64,000 bases of DNA, taken from the IMG/VR virus record IMGVR_UViG_3300020442_001264, positions 20,030 through 84,029 of that record; one strand, written 5' to 3'. The translations under genes were made by a program, and so were the position numbers. The stretch is from a virus. How positions within the stretch are numbered: position 1 is the first letter of the stretch; every line of letters begins with the position of its first letter. Shown here piece by piece: positions 38,671 through 48,644 of this stretch. The notes beneath the pieces were generated by a model, which searched no databases, had not been told where the DNA came from, and worked only from the letters and a program-made list of their open reading frames with translations.

Positions 38671-39293
38671 GCAAAGTATTATTAAAAACATCAGGTAGAA
38701 CAGGCTCGCACTTGTTGTTAGACAAGTATGAGAAAGAAGGTCATAGGGTATACTTCACTGCTACACATGACACAAAATCATTGTACGAATATGATTTAAC
38801 AGAAAGTCTAATTCCGTTTAACTTTGATTTTATTGTGCAATGTCATTTAATGCAACTACCAAAAGACACATCACAATGGGATTTAATTTTTAACGTAAGA
38901 GGCGATATGATATCTCAGATATGTAGCAGTATAATTGCACACCACACAGATGTTTGGCATGGTGTTGCAGAAATTAAAGAAAAGATTGTAGTAGATAAAC
39001 ACACAATTAAACAACAAGTAATTAAGCATGTAAGTTTTAATACTTACATGAAATATGTTTGCGAATACTTGCCGTGGAAGTCTACACAAAGAATATCAAC
39101 AGAAGAAATACTACAAGAGGATTGGACTCATTTAGAATACAAAAAATCTATTAAACATGAAGATGCTATAGATGATTATGAGAATGTCAGGAAGTATGTT
39201 GCAAATGTACAAGCAAGATTTTATGACTTAGGTGTAGCATATGGTAAAACAGAATTTGATAAAAGGTACGGAGACAAATATGACATACAGTAA
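38667..39293 (+). CDS. Sulfotransferase-like P-loop protein
   Basis: N-terminal GRTGSHLL (PAPS-loop-like) and R..ISQICS; similar to 58688. Confidence 0.5.
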   Translation: MSKVLLKTSGRTGSHLLLDKYEKEGHRVYFTATHDTKSLYEYDLTESLIPFNFDFIVQCHLMQLPKDTSQWDLIFNVRGDMISQICSSIIAHHTDVWHGVAEIKEKIVVDKHTIKQQVIKHVSFNTYMKYVCEYLPWKSTQRISTEEILQEDWTHLEYKKSIKHEDAIDDYENVRKYVANVQARFYDLGVAYGKTEFDKRYGDKYDIQ

Positions 39294-40581
39294 AACATTT
39301 TGTCCTTACCCTTGGATACATGTTATGACACAACCAAGCAGTACAGTGAACTTTTGTTGTGTTGCTAACGGTCAAATTAAAAATGATGACGGTAGTGTTT
39401 TAATGTTAAACAAAGGTGATGATATATCATCTGTTTGGAATAACAATCATTATAAAAAAATTAGACGTCAAATGATAGAAGGCGATAAAGTAGAAGGTTG
39501 TGAACCTTGCTATGATTTAGAAGATTTAGGAATTCCTAGTTATAGAGAAAACTATATAAAGGATTGGTTAGGCTTTCATAGGAATGCTGACCAAATTAAA
39601 AACATCATTGACAAAAGTATTGACAATGATTATGTTGTCGAAGAAACACCACAGTACTTAGATTTTAGATTAGGCACACTATGTAACTTGCGTTGCAGAA
39701 TGTGTCAGAGTCAAAACAGTAGTGCTATATATAAAGAATTAAAAGATGAGGAATTATACAATGAAGAAGAACGAAAGTTTATCGTGGAAACAAGTCATTG
39801 GGGTGACTTTAGCGATTATACTCAGCCTTGGTTTGATGATCCTGGGTTCCTTAGCACAGTGGAAACATGGTTGCCTAATGTCAACAGGCTTTACTTCACA
39901 GGGGGTGAGCCCACAATTATACAACGTGTGTATTGGATCCTCGAAAAATGTGTCGAGCTCGGAATAAATCAAAACATAGATTTAGTATTTAATAGTAATA
40001 TGACAAACATACAACCAAGGTTTTTAGACTTAATAGCCAAGTTTAAAGATGTGTTGATGTGTTTAAGTGTTGATGGCTATGGAACAACAAACGAATATAT
40101 AAGAAGTGGTAGCACTTGGAGTATAGTAGACAAACACATTAGAGACTATGCAAAGTCAGACGTAGTAGGTAATATACTGTTTAGTCCTGTAGTACAAATT
40201 TACAACATACTAGACATAACAAAACTATTGGACTATGCAGAAGAAATAACAAACGAGAGTGGTCGTAGAATAGATATCAGTTTCTTGTTAAACAATTATC
40301 CAAAGTGCTTGGATATAAGAAACTTGCCTAAAGGTATAAGAGTTGAAGCACAATTAACTTTACATGAGTGGTTGCAGAACAGCACATACTTTGATGACGA
40401 TGAACGTAACAGACAAAGTGTGTTAGGATTAATAAATGCATTAGACGACAAAAATGTAAACGAAGATGCAGAACATCAAATGCAAGTGTTTAGGAAGTAT
40501 ACAGAATTGTTAGACAATAAACGAAATCAAAGTATCGAAAAACAACTACCTAAATTATGGAGTAGACTCAAGTGGACATAA
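39280..40581 (+). CDS. Radical SAM protein with N-terminal twitch-like domain (#8)
   Basis: SD GGAG before ATG 39280; CPYPW..CC..CEPCY; CNLRCRMC; TGGEPT; SVDG. Confidence 0.9.
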   Translation: MTYSKTFCPYPWIHVMTQPSSTVNFCCVANGQIKNDDGSVLMLNKGDDISSVWNNNHYKKIRRQMIEGDKVEGCEPCYDLEDLGIPSYRENYIKDWLGFHRNADQIKNIIDKSIDNDYVVEETPQYLDFRLGTLCNLRCRMCQSQNSSAIYKELKDEELYNEEERKFIVETSHWGDFSDYTQPWFDDPGFLSTVETWLPNVNRLYFTGGEPTIIQRVYWILEKCVELGINQNIDLVFNSNMTNIQPRFLDLIAKFKDVLMCLSVDGYGTTNEYIRSGSTWSIVDKHIRDYAKSDVVGNILFSPVVQIYNILDITKLLDYAEEITNESGRRIDISFLLNNYPKCLDIRNLPKGIRVEAQLTLHEWLQNSTYFDDDERNRQSVLGLINALDDKNVNEDAEHQMQVFRKYTELLDNKRNQSIEKQLPKLWSRLKWT

Positions 40582-41306
40582 CAAATAAAAAATATTTGTA
40601 TGCAGTTGGTTGTAGCCATATGGCAGGTAGTGAAGTGATAGAGTTTGGCAATACTGCAAGGACACATGAATCTATTAAGTATGCTTGGCCCGGACTACTA
40701 GCAGAACATTATGGATTGCATTATATAAATGATTCAGAACCAGGCGGTAGTAATGACTATATGGTTAGGAGTGTTATGCATTTTGTGAACAAATGGCTAT
40801 CACAAGATAGAGATCCTAGTGAACTATTAGTAGTTATAGGTTGGACAACAGACGAACGCATAGAGTTTACACATGAGAACAATGGTATAATGGAACATTT
40901 CCATTGGGCTAATGGTTGTGATTGGAGACCATTTTATAAAGATGGTAAAGGTCCTAAATTTGAAAATTGGTTTAAAGCATTGCAATTATATCATACCGAC
41001 TTTGACTTTGGTAGAATTAAACGTGTAATAAATATTACTTTAATAGATGCTTTTTTAAAAAGTAACAATATAGACTACATTCAAGTTAATAATTGTGCTA
41101 AGATGGATAAAGGACAATGGGAGTTTTTAAATATAGAGCACATGGTTAAAACATTTCCGTTTGATACATTTATAGAACCATATGATAGTTTCGTTGACCA
41201 ATATAAAGAAACACACAAAGAACATTTTTCAGATTGGTTACATGCAGATAAACATGTGCATAATTTATATTTTAAAAAACTTAAACAGAGGTTAGATAAT
41301 GACTAA
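40572..41306 (+). CDS. SGNH/GDSL-like (DUF6071-like) acyl-hydrolase/transferase
   Basis: GCSHMAG, PGGSND, VIGWT, late His (LHAD). Confidence 0.65.
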   Translation: MDITNKKYLYAVGCSHMAGSEVIEFGNTARTHESIKYAWPGLLAEHYGLHYINDSEPGGSNDYMVRSVMHFVNKWLSQDRDPSELLVVIGWTTDERIEFTHENNGIMEHFHWANGCDWRPFYKDGKGPKFENWFKALQLYHTDFDFGRIKRVINITLIDAFLKSNNIDYIQVNNCAKMDKGQWEFLNIEHMVKTFPFDTFIEPYDSFVDQYKETHKEHFSDWLHADKHVHNLYFKKLKQRLDND

Positions 41307-41514
41307 TAAAGATAAAGAAGACTTTAACGGCTTAGGTCCTGTCGATAAAGTTATTGATATGGGAGACTTACAAGGTAATCCTATACCAGAAGAAAAAGAC
41401 ACAGAACAGAAGGACGTGGATTTAGATGATGTTGAACTTTCCGAAGAAGAGGAAGAATTGTTAAAAAAGAAATTAGAACAGATTCGTAAAAACGATCCAT
41501 TTATATATAGATGA
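41299..41514 (+). CDS. Small acidic protein ending in DPFIYR
   Basis: 71 aa, very Asp/Glu-rich; ATGA-coupled to the carbamoyltransferase. Confidence 0.65.
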   Translation: MTNKDKEDFNGLGPVDKVIDMGDLQGNPIPEEKDTEQKDVDLDDVELSEEEEELLKKKLEQIRKNDPFIYR

Positions 41515-43064
41515 GAATATTAGGAATTAGTTGTATGTTTCATGACGCGAGTACATGCGTTATAGAAGATGGTGAAATTTTATTTGCCGGACATGCAGAA
41601 AGATACAGTAGAGTAAAAAACGATGCATACTTAAATCAACGTTTGATGAAAGATACATTAAAACATGGTTTACCAGATATAATCGTTTTACACGAAAGTA
41701 CAAGATTAAAAAACAGAAGAAGATTAAAACAATTTACTTGGAGCAGTATTAAGGCGGCTATTACGGAAATAACTGCTGAAGAATGGATTGCAAAGTTTTA
41801 TCCACAGTTAAAAGGCATACCAGTAGTTAATTGTTTACATCACGAAAGCCATGCGGCGGCAGGCATACTTACTTCACCAGAACATTTTGATGATGCGGCT
41901 ATAATGACAATAGATGCTATAGGTGAATTCCAAACATCAACAATTTATAGATGGGAGACACATCGTAGTGGTGATACTAGAATGCAACTGCTACATGACA
42001 CAAATTTTCCAAACAGTTTAGGTTTATTTTATAGTGCTATTACAAGTGCTGTTGGTTTGAAACCTATGGAAGATGAATATATCTTAATGGGTATGGCGGC
42101 ATATGGTAAGCCATTATATGTAAATAAAATTAACAAAGAATTATTTAAACACCCAAATGCAACAGACAACTTGCGTGAATGTTTACATACTGTGAATATG
42201 AGTAAAGGTTTACCTAAAAACTTTATGAGTGCAGAAGCATTAGCAGACGAGCAAACACAATTTGATTTAGCCGCAAGTGCTCAACAAGTATGTGAAGAAA
42301 GAATATTGGCTTATGCCAAGTTAGCAAAAGAATACACACAAAGCAATAACTTAGTATTCATGGGAGGGTGTGCATTAAATTGTGTAGCAAACAGTAGACT
42401 ATATGAACTGTTTAATAATATACACATTATGCCTAATCCAGGAGATGCCGGTAGTGCCTTAGGTGCCGCGGCATTGTATTGGCATAAACATACTAGCAAA
42501 AGAGTAAATTGGAATGGTCCATATACTGGATATAATATTTCAGGTGAATGGCCAAAAGAAAAATTTTTACAAAGTATGCGTAAAGGACAAATATTTGGTG
42601 TAGCAAATGGTAAAGCAGAATATGGTCCTAGGGCTCTTGGTAACAGAAGTTTATTTGCTGATCCTAGAGGCGAAGAAATAAAAGATAAAGTAAATGAAAT
42701 AAAACGTAGGCAAAAGTTTAGACCTTTTGCTCCTATAGTATTAGAAGAACACGCCAGTGATTGGTTTGAAATGCCTGGTGGTGTTATAGATAGTCCTTAC
42801 ATGCAATTTGTTGCAAAATGTAAGAGACCAGAAATTATACCTGCGGTAGTACATGGGGATGGTACAAGCAGAGTGCAAACGGTTAACAGAAAAAATCATC
42901 CGGATTTATATCATGCTATGAGACAGTGGCATGCTGAGTCAGGGTGTCCAGTTGTTCTAAATACAAGTTTAAATATCAAAGGACAACCAATTGTTAATAC
43001 TGAAAAAGAAGCAGAAGAGTTTGCAACTCATTATAAGGTGCCAGTTCATGTCAGAGACGACTAA
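41511..43064 (+). CDS. Carbamoyltransferase (NodU/CmcH/TobZ family)
   Basis: HDAS, AERYSRVKND, HHESHA, DAIGE, MGMAAYG, GGCALN, GPRALGNRS, RPFAP, LNTSLN. Confidence 0.93.
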   Translation: MRILGISCMFHDASTCVIEDGEILFAGHAERYSRVKNDAYLNQRLMKDTLKHGLPDIIVLHESTRLKNRRRLKQFTWSSIKAAITEITAEEWIAKFYPQLKGIPVVNCLHHESHAAAGILTSPEHFDDAAIMTIDAIGEFQTSTIYRWETHRSGDTRMQLLHDTNFPNSLGLFYSAITSAVGLKPMEDEYILMGMAAYGKPLYVNKINKELFKHPNATDNLRECLHTVNMSKGLPKNFMSAEALADEQTQFDLAASAQQVCEERILAYAKLAKEYTQSNNLVFMGGCALNCVANSRLYELFNNIHIMPNPGDAGSALGAAALYWHKHTSKRVNWNGPYTGYNISGEWPKEKFLQSMRKGQIFGVANGKAEYGPRALGNRSLFADPRGEEIKDKVNEIKRRQKFRPFAPIVLEEHASDWFEMPGGVIDSPYMQFVAKCKRPEIIPAVVHGDGTSRVQTVNRKNHPDLYHAMRQWHAESGCPVVLNTSLNIKGQPIVNTEKEAEEFATHYKVPVHVRDD

Positions 43065-43323
43065 TCCAGATTTAGAATTAATAAACAAAAAATGTAAAGA
43101 GCCTTGGCTTTTCGATGACAGTCTTACTGATGCAGAAAGAATGTATTGGAAGTTAAAAGGTGTTTGCCATGTGTGTAAATATCCTGTGGCTTATCACAAA
43201 GACGACTGTCCGTTTAGTGATGTGCAATTACACTTTGCACAAATAGACAAAGAATTATATGCTGTTACAGATATAGGATTTGTAAACAGTGAAAAGTTGA
43301 AACAACTGCTTAACAAGAAATAA
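43048..43323 (+). CDS. Hypothetical protein with CxxC..H..C zinc-finger-like motif
   Basis: CHVC..HKDDC; likely start ATG 43048. Confidence 0.55.
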   Translation: MSETTNPDLELINKKCKEPWLFDDSLTDAERMYWKLKGVCHVCKYPVAYHKDDCPFSDVQLHFAQIDKELYAVTDIGFVNSEKLKQLLNKK

Positions 43324-43324
43324 C

Positions 43325-46300
43325 ATGTACGATATTTTTTACATCGGCGATAACAACACACTAAAAGAAAGATTACCTTTTGCTAATCAAGTAAACAATA
43401 TTGATGAAATAAAATCTAATACAAAATTGTACTGGTTAGTAGACAGTAATACTAAAATTACCGATTGGGAATTATTTGATTTCAAACCAGATGTGCATAC
43501 AGAAAAATATGTACATGTGTGGAAATGGAATCAAGAAAATTATGGCGGAGTTAGTCTTCTGCCAAAAGGGGGAAGTGAGGAAACTGTATGGCATAACAAA
43601 GTTGTTTGTAAGAAACACTTTGACATATTGTTTGAGAATACACCAGGGAACTATTTTAAACAGAACCCATACAGTACTCACGTATGGTGTGTAGATAAAG
43701 ACTACATACTCAATGATGATATAGATTGGGCACCAGGGAACTTTGAACCAGACTATATCCACAGTTTCCATTTGCGTGGACAACTTGAACACAAGTATCC
43801 AGAACTTGAAGGGGGAGTTAAGTTATACCCACGCGAATGGTCATCTGCAGAAACAAAGTATCACAAATTCTTAGATGCAAATATCACATACCCAATACTG
43901 TATGTAAACGATGTTGATGATTATGCTCAACGTGATATATTAGAAGATGATTATGTTTGGCTAATAGATAAAGAACATTCTATAAATGTTAAAACAGTTG
44001 ATTGGGTTCCTAATGCATTTGAATACAACTATGTACATGTATTTAAAATGCCTTACCAATTAAAAGAAAAGTATCCTATGGCAATGGGAGGTATAAGACT
44101 TGTTCCTAAAGATTGGAAACAAGCAGAAATAAAAATACATCCTGCATGTCCTGTAGAAGATGAAGCATATGATGTGTTTTATGTAGACAGCGATGACTTC
44201 AATTCAGAAACATTCAGCGAGTATGCTCAACGTAGTAAAACTGATTGGTTCTGGATTGTAGATAGAGAACACACATTTAATGGTAAGTTATTGTATGTAC
44301 CAGCAAAGCACGAACTAGAATATATACATGTGTTTAAAGTGCCGGGACACTTAGAAGAACGTTACCCATTAGATTGTTTAGATCCGTGGGACAACAGATG
44401 CGGTGGCATTAAATTAATGAACAAGGAATTTGATGTTACACGTTACAAGTATCAAGAAGATGTTTGTCCTGTACGTTATGATATATTTTATGCAGATGAC
44501 ATAAACGATTATGAAACGCCTGCAAGAAAAAGTAGAACTAAAATGTTTTGGCTAGTGGATAGCGAACATCAAATCAATGAGGAGTTTAGATATGTACCAC
44601 AACAATATGACCAACAATACATACAGGTATTCAAGTTTCCAAATGACTTGGAACACAAATACCCAAGAGCAATTACAAATATCAGCGACAACAGAGCAGG
44701 AGGTATCAAACTTGTTCCAGTTAATGGGAGTGGCGATGCCAAGTTCGTTGACCAAAACCCAGTCGGAGGAAAAGTTTATCCCATCGTCTTTACTGATGCA
44801 TCAGATGTATCGCCTACGGAAGATTCTTGGATAGTACCTACAGCATTTAAAGGTATAGTAGATGTAGTACCATGGCAACCTAGTGTGTTTGAAAAGAATA
44901 CATGTCATGTGTTTGCAAATGGTTCTTTAAAATGGATGCCAGCACAATGGGACGGAGAAATAAAAAATCATGACTTTAGTCCTGTTATATTAAACATAGA
45001 GTTTGAAACATTTTCAAGTTATGAGGAAGGCAAAGACAAAAGTTTATTTAATTGGTTCTGGGTAGTTGATCCAAATGTAGAAGTATTAGATACATTTGAT
45101 TTTAGTTTCCAACCTAATGTGTTTGATGAAGGTAAAGCACATGTATGGCAAAAACTTAATCCTATAACAAACAAGCAATATGATTACGGTGGTGTTGAAT
45201 TACGTCATAAGAATGAAAAGAAAGGCAGACCTAAATACATGCGAGAACCTGCTTGTACGCAACGACCTTATCCAGTCTATACATTGACACCTCAGGATAT
45301 AAAACGTGGCTTAGACGACGTCTACGAACGTCTAGCAAACCAAACTGACGTGGGAATGATGTGGATAGTTGACAGTTTAGTACAGTTAGACGAAGACTTC
45401 AACTTTAGTTATTACCCTACTCAATATGATAAGGACGTAGTTCACATATGGAAACACGATGGAACAAGCAGAGTTACAGGTGTAAAACTAGTGCCTACAA
45501 GCATAAAATTTGAAAGTCATGACACTATATTACAAAATGCATTCGATAAATTAAAAGAAATACCCACTATTGCAAGTAAAGATATGGTATGGCCCGTTGA
45601 ACAATTAGCAGAAACCACAGTAAAAGGTGTAAAAGATGTGTTAGATTCGCACAAAGATGTGCGATATGTATATACAGTAGACCCAGATATTGATGTAGAT
45701 ACTGTGGAACAAGTAACACCACATGAAGAATTCTTGGATAATGTACACGTTTGGCAACGTACAAACAGCGAAGGACTGGTGATTGGGCATGGTGGATTGA
45801 GACTTTGGCCTACTGATTATGACATAGACTCACTTACAGATGAGCAAGTTGCTACATGTAGCATACCAGAACAGTTGATATTAAGTGCTGTTGGCGGTAC
45901 ACAAAAGGAATATCCTATACATTATTTGTCAGAAGATGGCGATATATTACAACAATTAGCAGACATAGACAGTAGTTGTGAGTCCAATATGTACTGGATA
46001 GTTGATCCTTTGGTTACATTTACACCAGATTGGCAGTGGGATTTTATTCCAACTAAGTGGGAAGAACAAGTTGTACATGTATTTCAAGACACGAATGAAG
46101 ACTTTAGAAGTGTTAGATTAGTACCTAAAGGAACATTTGACAAGCAACAATACACAATTAAACAAATAGTAAACAACAGTTTTAAAGATTTAAAACAAGT
46201 GTATAGACAAATAACAACTCCTACAGCATGGCCCATATACTACTTTGGGCAAGGAGAACATGGCAGTATGGGATTGAAGTTTCAATTAGAGCAGTTTGGT

Positions 46301-47263
46301 TGTCATGCAGAAGGCAAACATCTCAAACGTTTCTTCACAGTTGACGAACATACTGTAGTAGACAAAGACTTTAAATTTACACATACACCAAATTTAGACA
46401 GCATTAACAAAACACATGTGTGGCAAAGAACAAATCAAAGAACAGGGTTGGTACATAGTTATGGGGGAATTAGACTGTGGCCCAACCCGCCTGAAACTGC
46501 AATGGGCGACTTAACATCAGATAAAATACGTTTTAATAAAATGAAAGCAAACAGTTTACAGTATGTTAGAAGTAATGCTAGTAGTATACAACCATATGAA
46601 ATATTCATGTTGAGTTACAAAGAAGATGAATCAATTGTACAGCAACACATAGATGCTATCAGTATAAAAGGATTTGAAGTAAAACATGTGCGAGGTGTTG
46701 AAGGTATCTTTGAAGCACACAAGGCATGTGCAGAACAATGTGCAAGTGGAATGTTTTGGGTAGTTGATGCAGATGCAGATGTCAAAGAAGACTTTAACTT
46801 TGACTATATACCAGATGTGTATGACCAAGATGTTGTGCATGTGTGGGCAAGTGAGAATCCTGTTACAGGTGACCAATATGGTTACGGAGGTGTTAAACTG
46901 TTTAACACGCAACAGGTTAGGGAAGCGACTAGTTGGGGATTGGACTTTACCACAGGGTTGAGTACACGTTTTAAAGCAATGCCACAGATAAGTTGTGTGA
47001 CTAGATTTAACACAGACGCATACAGCACATGGCGTAGTGCATTCAGAGAAAGTGTTAAACTCACAATTAACAACAATGCAGAAAGTTCAAGTAGACTGGA
47101 CAGTTGGCTTAATCCATTAGCAGATTGTGATTACTGTGATGATGCCAAACATGGAGCAGAACAAGGTAAAGCATTCGCTTTGAAAAATAAACACGCACCA
47201 GAAGAGTTAAATAAAATTAATGATTATGAATGGTTGGAGGACACATGGAAACAATCAAGTTAG
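43325..47263 (+). CDS. Large tandem-repeat protein built from ~12 GT-A-like modules
   Basis: Recurring Y(D/P)I.Y...W.VD...P...(V/I)HV(W/F)...GG(I/V).L.P. The last unit is complete (GVEGIFEAHK, VVDAD, YGYGGVK, WRSAFRESVKL) and homologous to 17863. Confidence 0.7.
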   Translation: MYDIFYIGDNNTLKERLPFANQVNNIDEIKSNTKLYWLVDSNTKITDWELFDFKPDVHTEKYVHVWKWNQENYGGVSLLPKGGSEETVWHNKVVCKKHFDILFENTPGNYFKQNPYSTHVWCVDKDYILNDDIDWAPGNFEPDYIHSFHLRGQLEHKYPELEGGVKLYPREWSSAETKYHKFLDANITYPILYVNDVDDYAQRDILEDDYVWLIDKEHSINVKTVDWVPNAFEYNYVHVFKMPYQLKEKYPMAMGGIRLVPKDWKQAEIKIHPACPVEDEAYDVFYVDSDDFNSETFSEYAQRSKTDWFWIVDREHTFNGKLLYVPAKHELEYIHVFKVPGHLEERYPLDCLDPWDNRCGGIKLMNKEFDVTRYKYQEDVCPVRYDIFYADDINDYETPARKSRTKMFWLVDSEHQINEEFRYVPQQYDQQYIQVFKFPNDLEHKYPRAITNISDNRAGGIKLVPVNGSGDAKFVDQNPVGGKVYPIVFTDASDVSPTEDSWIVPTAFKGIVDVVPWQPSVFEKNTCHVFANGSLKWMPAQWDGEIKNHDFSPVILNIEFETFSSYEEGKDKSLFNWFWVVDPNVEVLDTFDFSFQPNVFDEGKAHVWQKLNPITNKQYDYGGVELRHKNEKKGRPKYMREPACTQRPYPVYTLTPQDIKRGLDDVYERLANQTDVGMMWIVDSLVQLDEDFNFSYYPTQYDKDVVHIWKHDGTSRVTGVKLVPTSIKFESHDTILQNAFDKLKEIPTIASKDMVWPVEQLAETTVKGVKDVLDSHKDVRYVYTVDPDIDVDTVEQVTPHEEFLDNVHVWQRTNSEGLVIGHGGLRLWPTDYDIDSLTDEQVATCSIPEQLILSAVGGTQKEYPIHYLSEDGDILQQLADIDSSCESNMYWIVDPLVTFTPDWQWDFIPTKWEEQVVHVFQDTNEDFRSVRLVPKGTFDKQQYTIKQIVNNSFKDLKQVYRQITTPTAWPIYYFGQGEHGSMGLKFQLEQFGCHAEGKHLKRFFTVDEHTVVDKDFKFTHTPNLDSINKTHVWQRTNQRTGLVHSYGGIRLWPNPPETAMGDLTSDKIRFNKMKANSLQYVRSNASSIQPYEIFMLSYKEDESIVQQHIDAISIKGFEVKHVRGVEGIFEAHKACAEQCASGMFWVVDADADVKEDFNFDYIPDVYDQDVVHVWASENPVTGDQYGYGGVKLFNTQQVREATSWGLDFTTGLSTRFKAMPQISCVTRFNTDAYSTWRSAFRESVKLTINNNAESSSRLDSWLNPLADCDYCDDAKHGAEQGKAFALKNKHAPEELNKINDYEWLEDTWKQSS

Positions 47264-47940
47264 ACAAGTGGGCAGATGTTAGTAGATACATAGACAGAGG
47301 TTTTTGGCAACCTGCTCCCACATACTTTGAACACATTGTTCAACGCAACACATACTATCCACCACATGCTTTCAGTAAAGGTCAGTTAGCATCAAAGAGT
47401 TGGTTACTCAAAGAGTTGGATCAAGTTGTAATTGATCCACCAGGCATAGTTGACCAACCCACACCCACAGTTGCTATATTGGGTTGTTGGATAGGCACCA
47501 TGGTGTGGAGTTTGCATGAACATTTTGATATAGAACGTATATACGGCATAGACAAAGATCCAGTAAGCATAGAAAAGAGTGAAACATTAAATCAACAGTT
47601 TGTGCAGGACAACTGGAAATACAAAGGCGTTGTTGCAGATGTAGACATGTTGGATTGTGGTGAAATGCAATTTGAAACAGGTGGCGAGTTGATTGATGTC
47701 AAACCCAATTGGGTTATTAACACCAGCAGTGAACACATGAGTACATTGTGGTTTGACAGCATAGAGTCTGACCAATTGGTCATAATGCAAACCAACAACA
47801 GCGAAGAGTTTGAAGGACACATCAATCCTTGTAGCAGTATACTGCAAATGCAAGAGATGTATCCCTTGAGTGAAACATTGTATGTGGGCGAACTTATTAC
47901 TCCAGCATACAGCAGATACATGCAGATAGGACACAAATGA
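47245..47940 (+). CDS. Class I SAM-dependent methyltransferase-like protein
   Basis: SD GGAGG; SKGQLASKSWL, ILGCWIG, IDKDP, INTSSEH. Confidence 0.6.
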   Translation: METIKLDKWADVSRYIDRGFWQPAPTYFEHIVQRNTYYPPHAFSKGQLASKSWLLKELDQVVIDPPGIVDQPTPTVAILGCWIGTMVWSLHEHFDIERIYGIDKDPVSIEKSETLNQQFVQDNWKYKGVVADVDMLDCGEMQFETGGELIDVKPNWVINTSSEHMSTLWFDSIESDQLVIMQTNNSEEFEGHINPCSSILQMQEMYPLSETLYVGELITPAYSRYMQIGHK

Positions 47941-48644
47941 AGAACATAATTGTGGTGTGTAAACGTGGTTTCAAACGTACTAGAATGTATACTGTGGAAC
48001 ATGTAAACATCATGAAGAACATGTTGGATAGACACGGCACTGAATATGACAATTTTGTGTGTATCACAGACCAAAAAGACACAATGCCCAGTGACATAGA
48101 AGTATTTGAAATACCAGATATACCACAACACAAAGGTTGGTGGGCTAAAATAGAAACATTTAATCCTAAATTACCAGTAACAGGAGACAATTTATACATT
48201 GATTTAGACTGTGTGGTAGTGGATAACCTGGATTGCTTGTGGGAATATCAGCCAGGAGGACCTTGTAAAATAATTAATTGCAGTAAATATTATGCAGATA
48301 CTGTGGGTTGGCAGTACAACAGTAGTGTGTACAGATATAAAATTTCGGATTTTGAATTTATTTGGTGGGATTACAGAACCAAATGGGAACATATTCAACG
48401 AAATTATTTCTTTGGAGATGAGAAATACACATCAGATATGGACAAAAAAAGCAAAATGTATCCTGAAGAATGGATATATAATTATGAACATGTAATATTA
48501 CAAGGCGGTAGACATCATATGACCAGCATTAAAGCCGAAATTACTGATAGTGTGTTACCTGAAAACAGCAAAATTGTGTGGTTTGGTGGCGGACACAAGC
48601 CTTGGAGATGCAAGGATAACACCATAAAGGAGCATTATCAATGA
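47937..48644 (+). CDS. GT-A-fold glycosyltransferase-like protein
   Basis: FVCITD, GWWAKIETF, YIDLD (DxD), YNSSV, GDE, KPW. Confidence 0.7.
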   Translation: MKNIIVVCKRGFKRTRMYTVEHVNIMKNMLDRHGTEYDNFVCITDQKDTMPSDIEVFEIPDIPQHKGWWAKIETFNPKLPVTGDNLYIDLDCVVVDNLDCLWEYQPGGPCKIINCSKYYADTVGWQYNSSVYRYKISDFEFIWWDYRTKWEHIQRNYFFGDEKYTSDMDKKSKMYPEEWIYNYEHVILQGGRHHMTSIKAEITDSVLPENSKIVWFGGGHKPWRCKDNTIKEHYQ

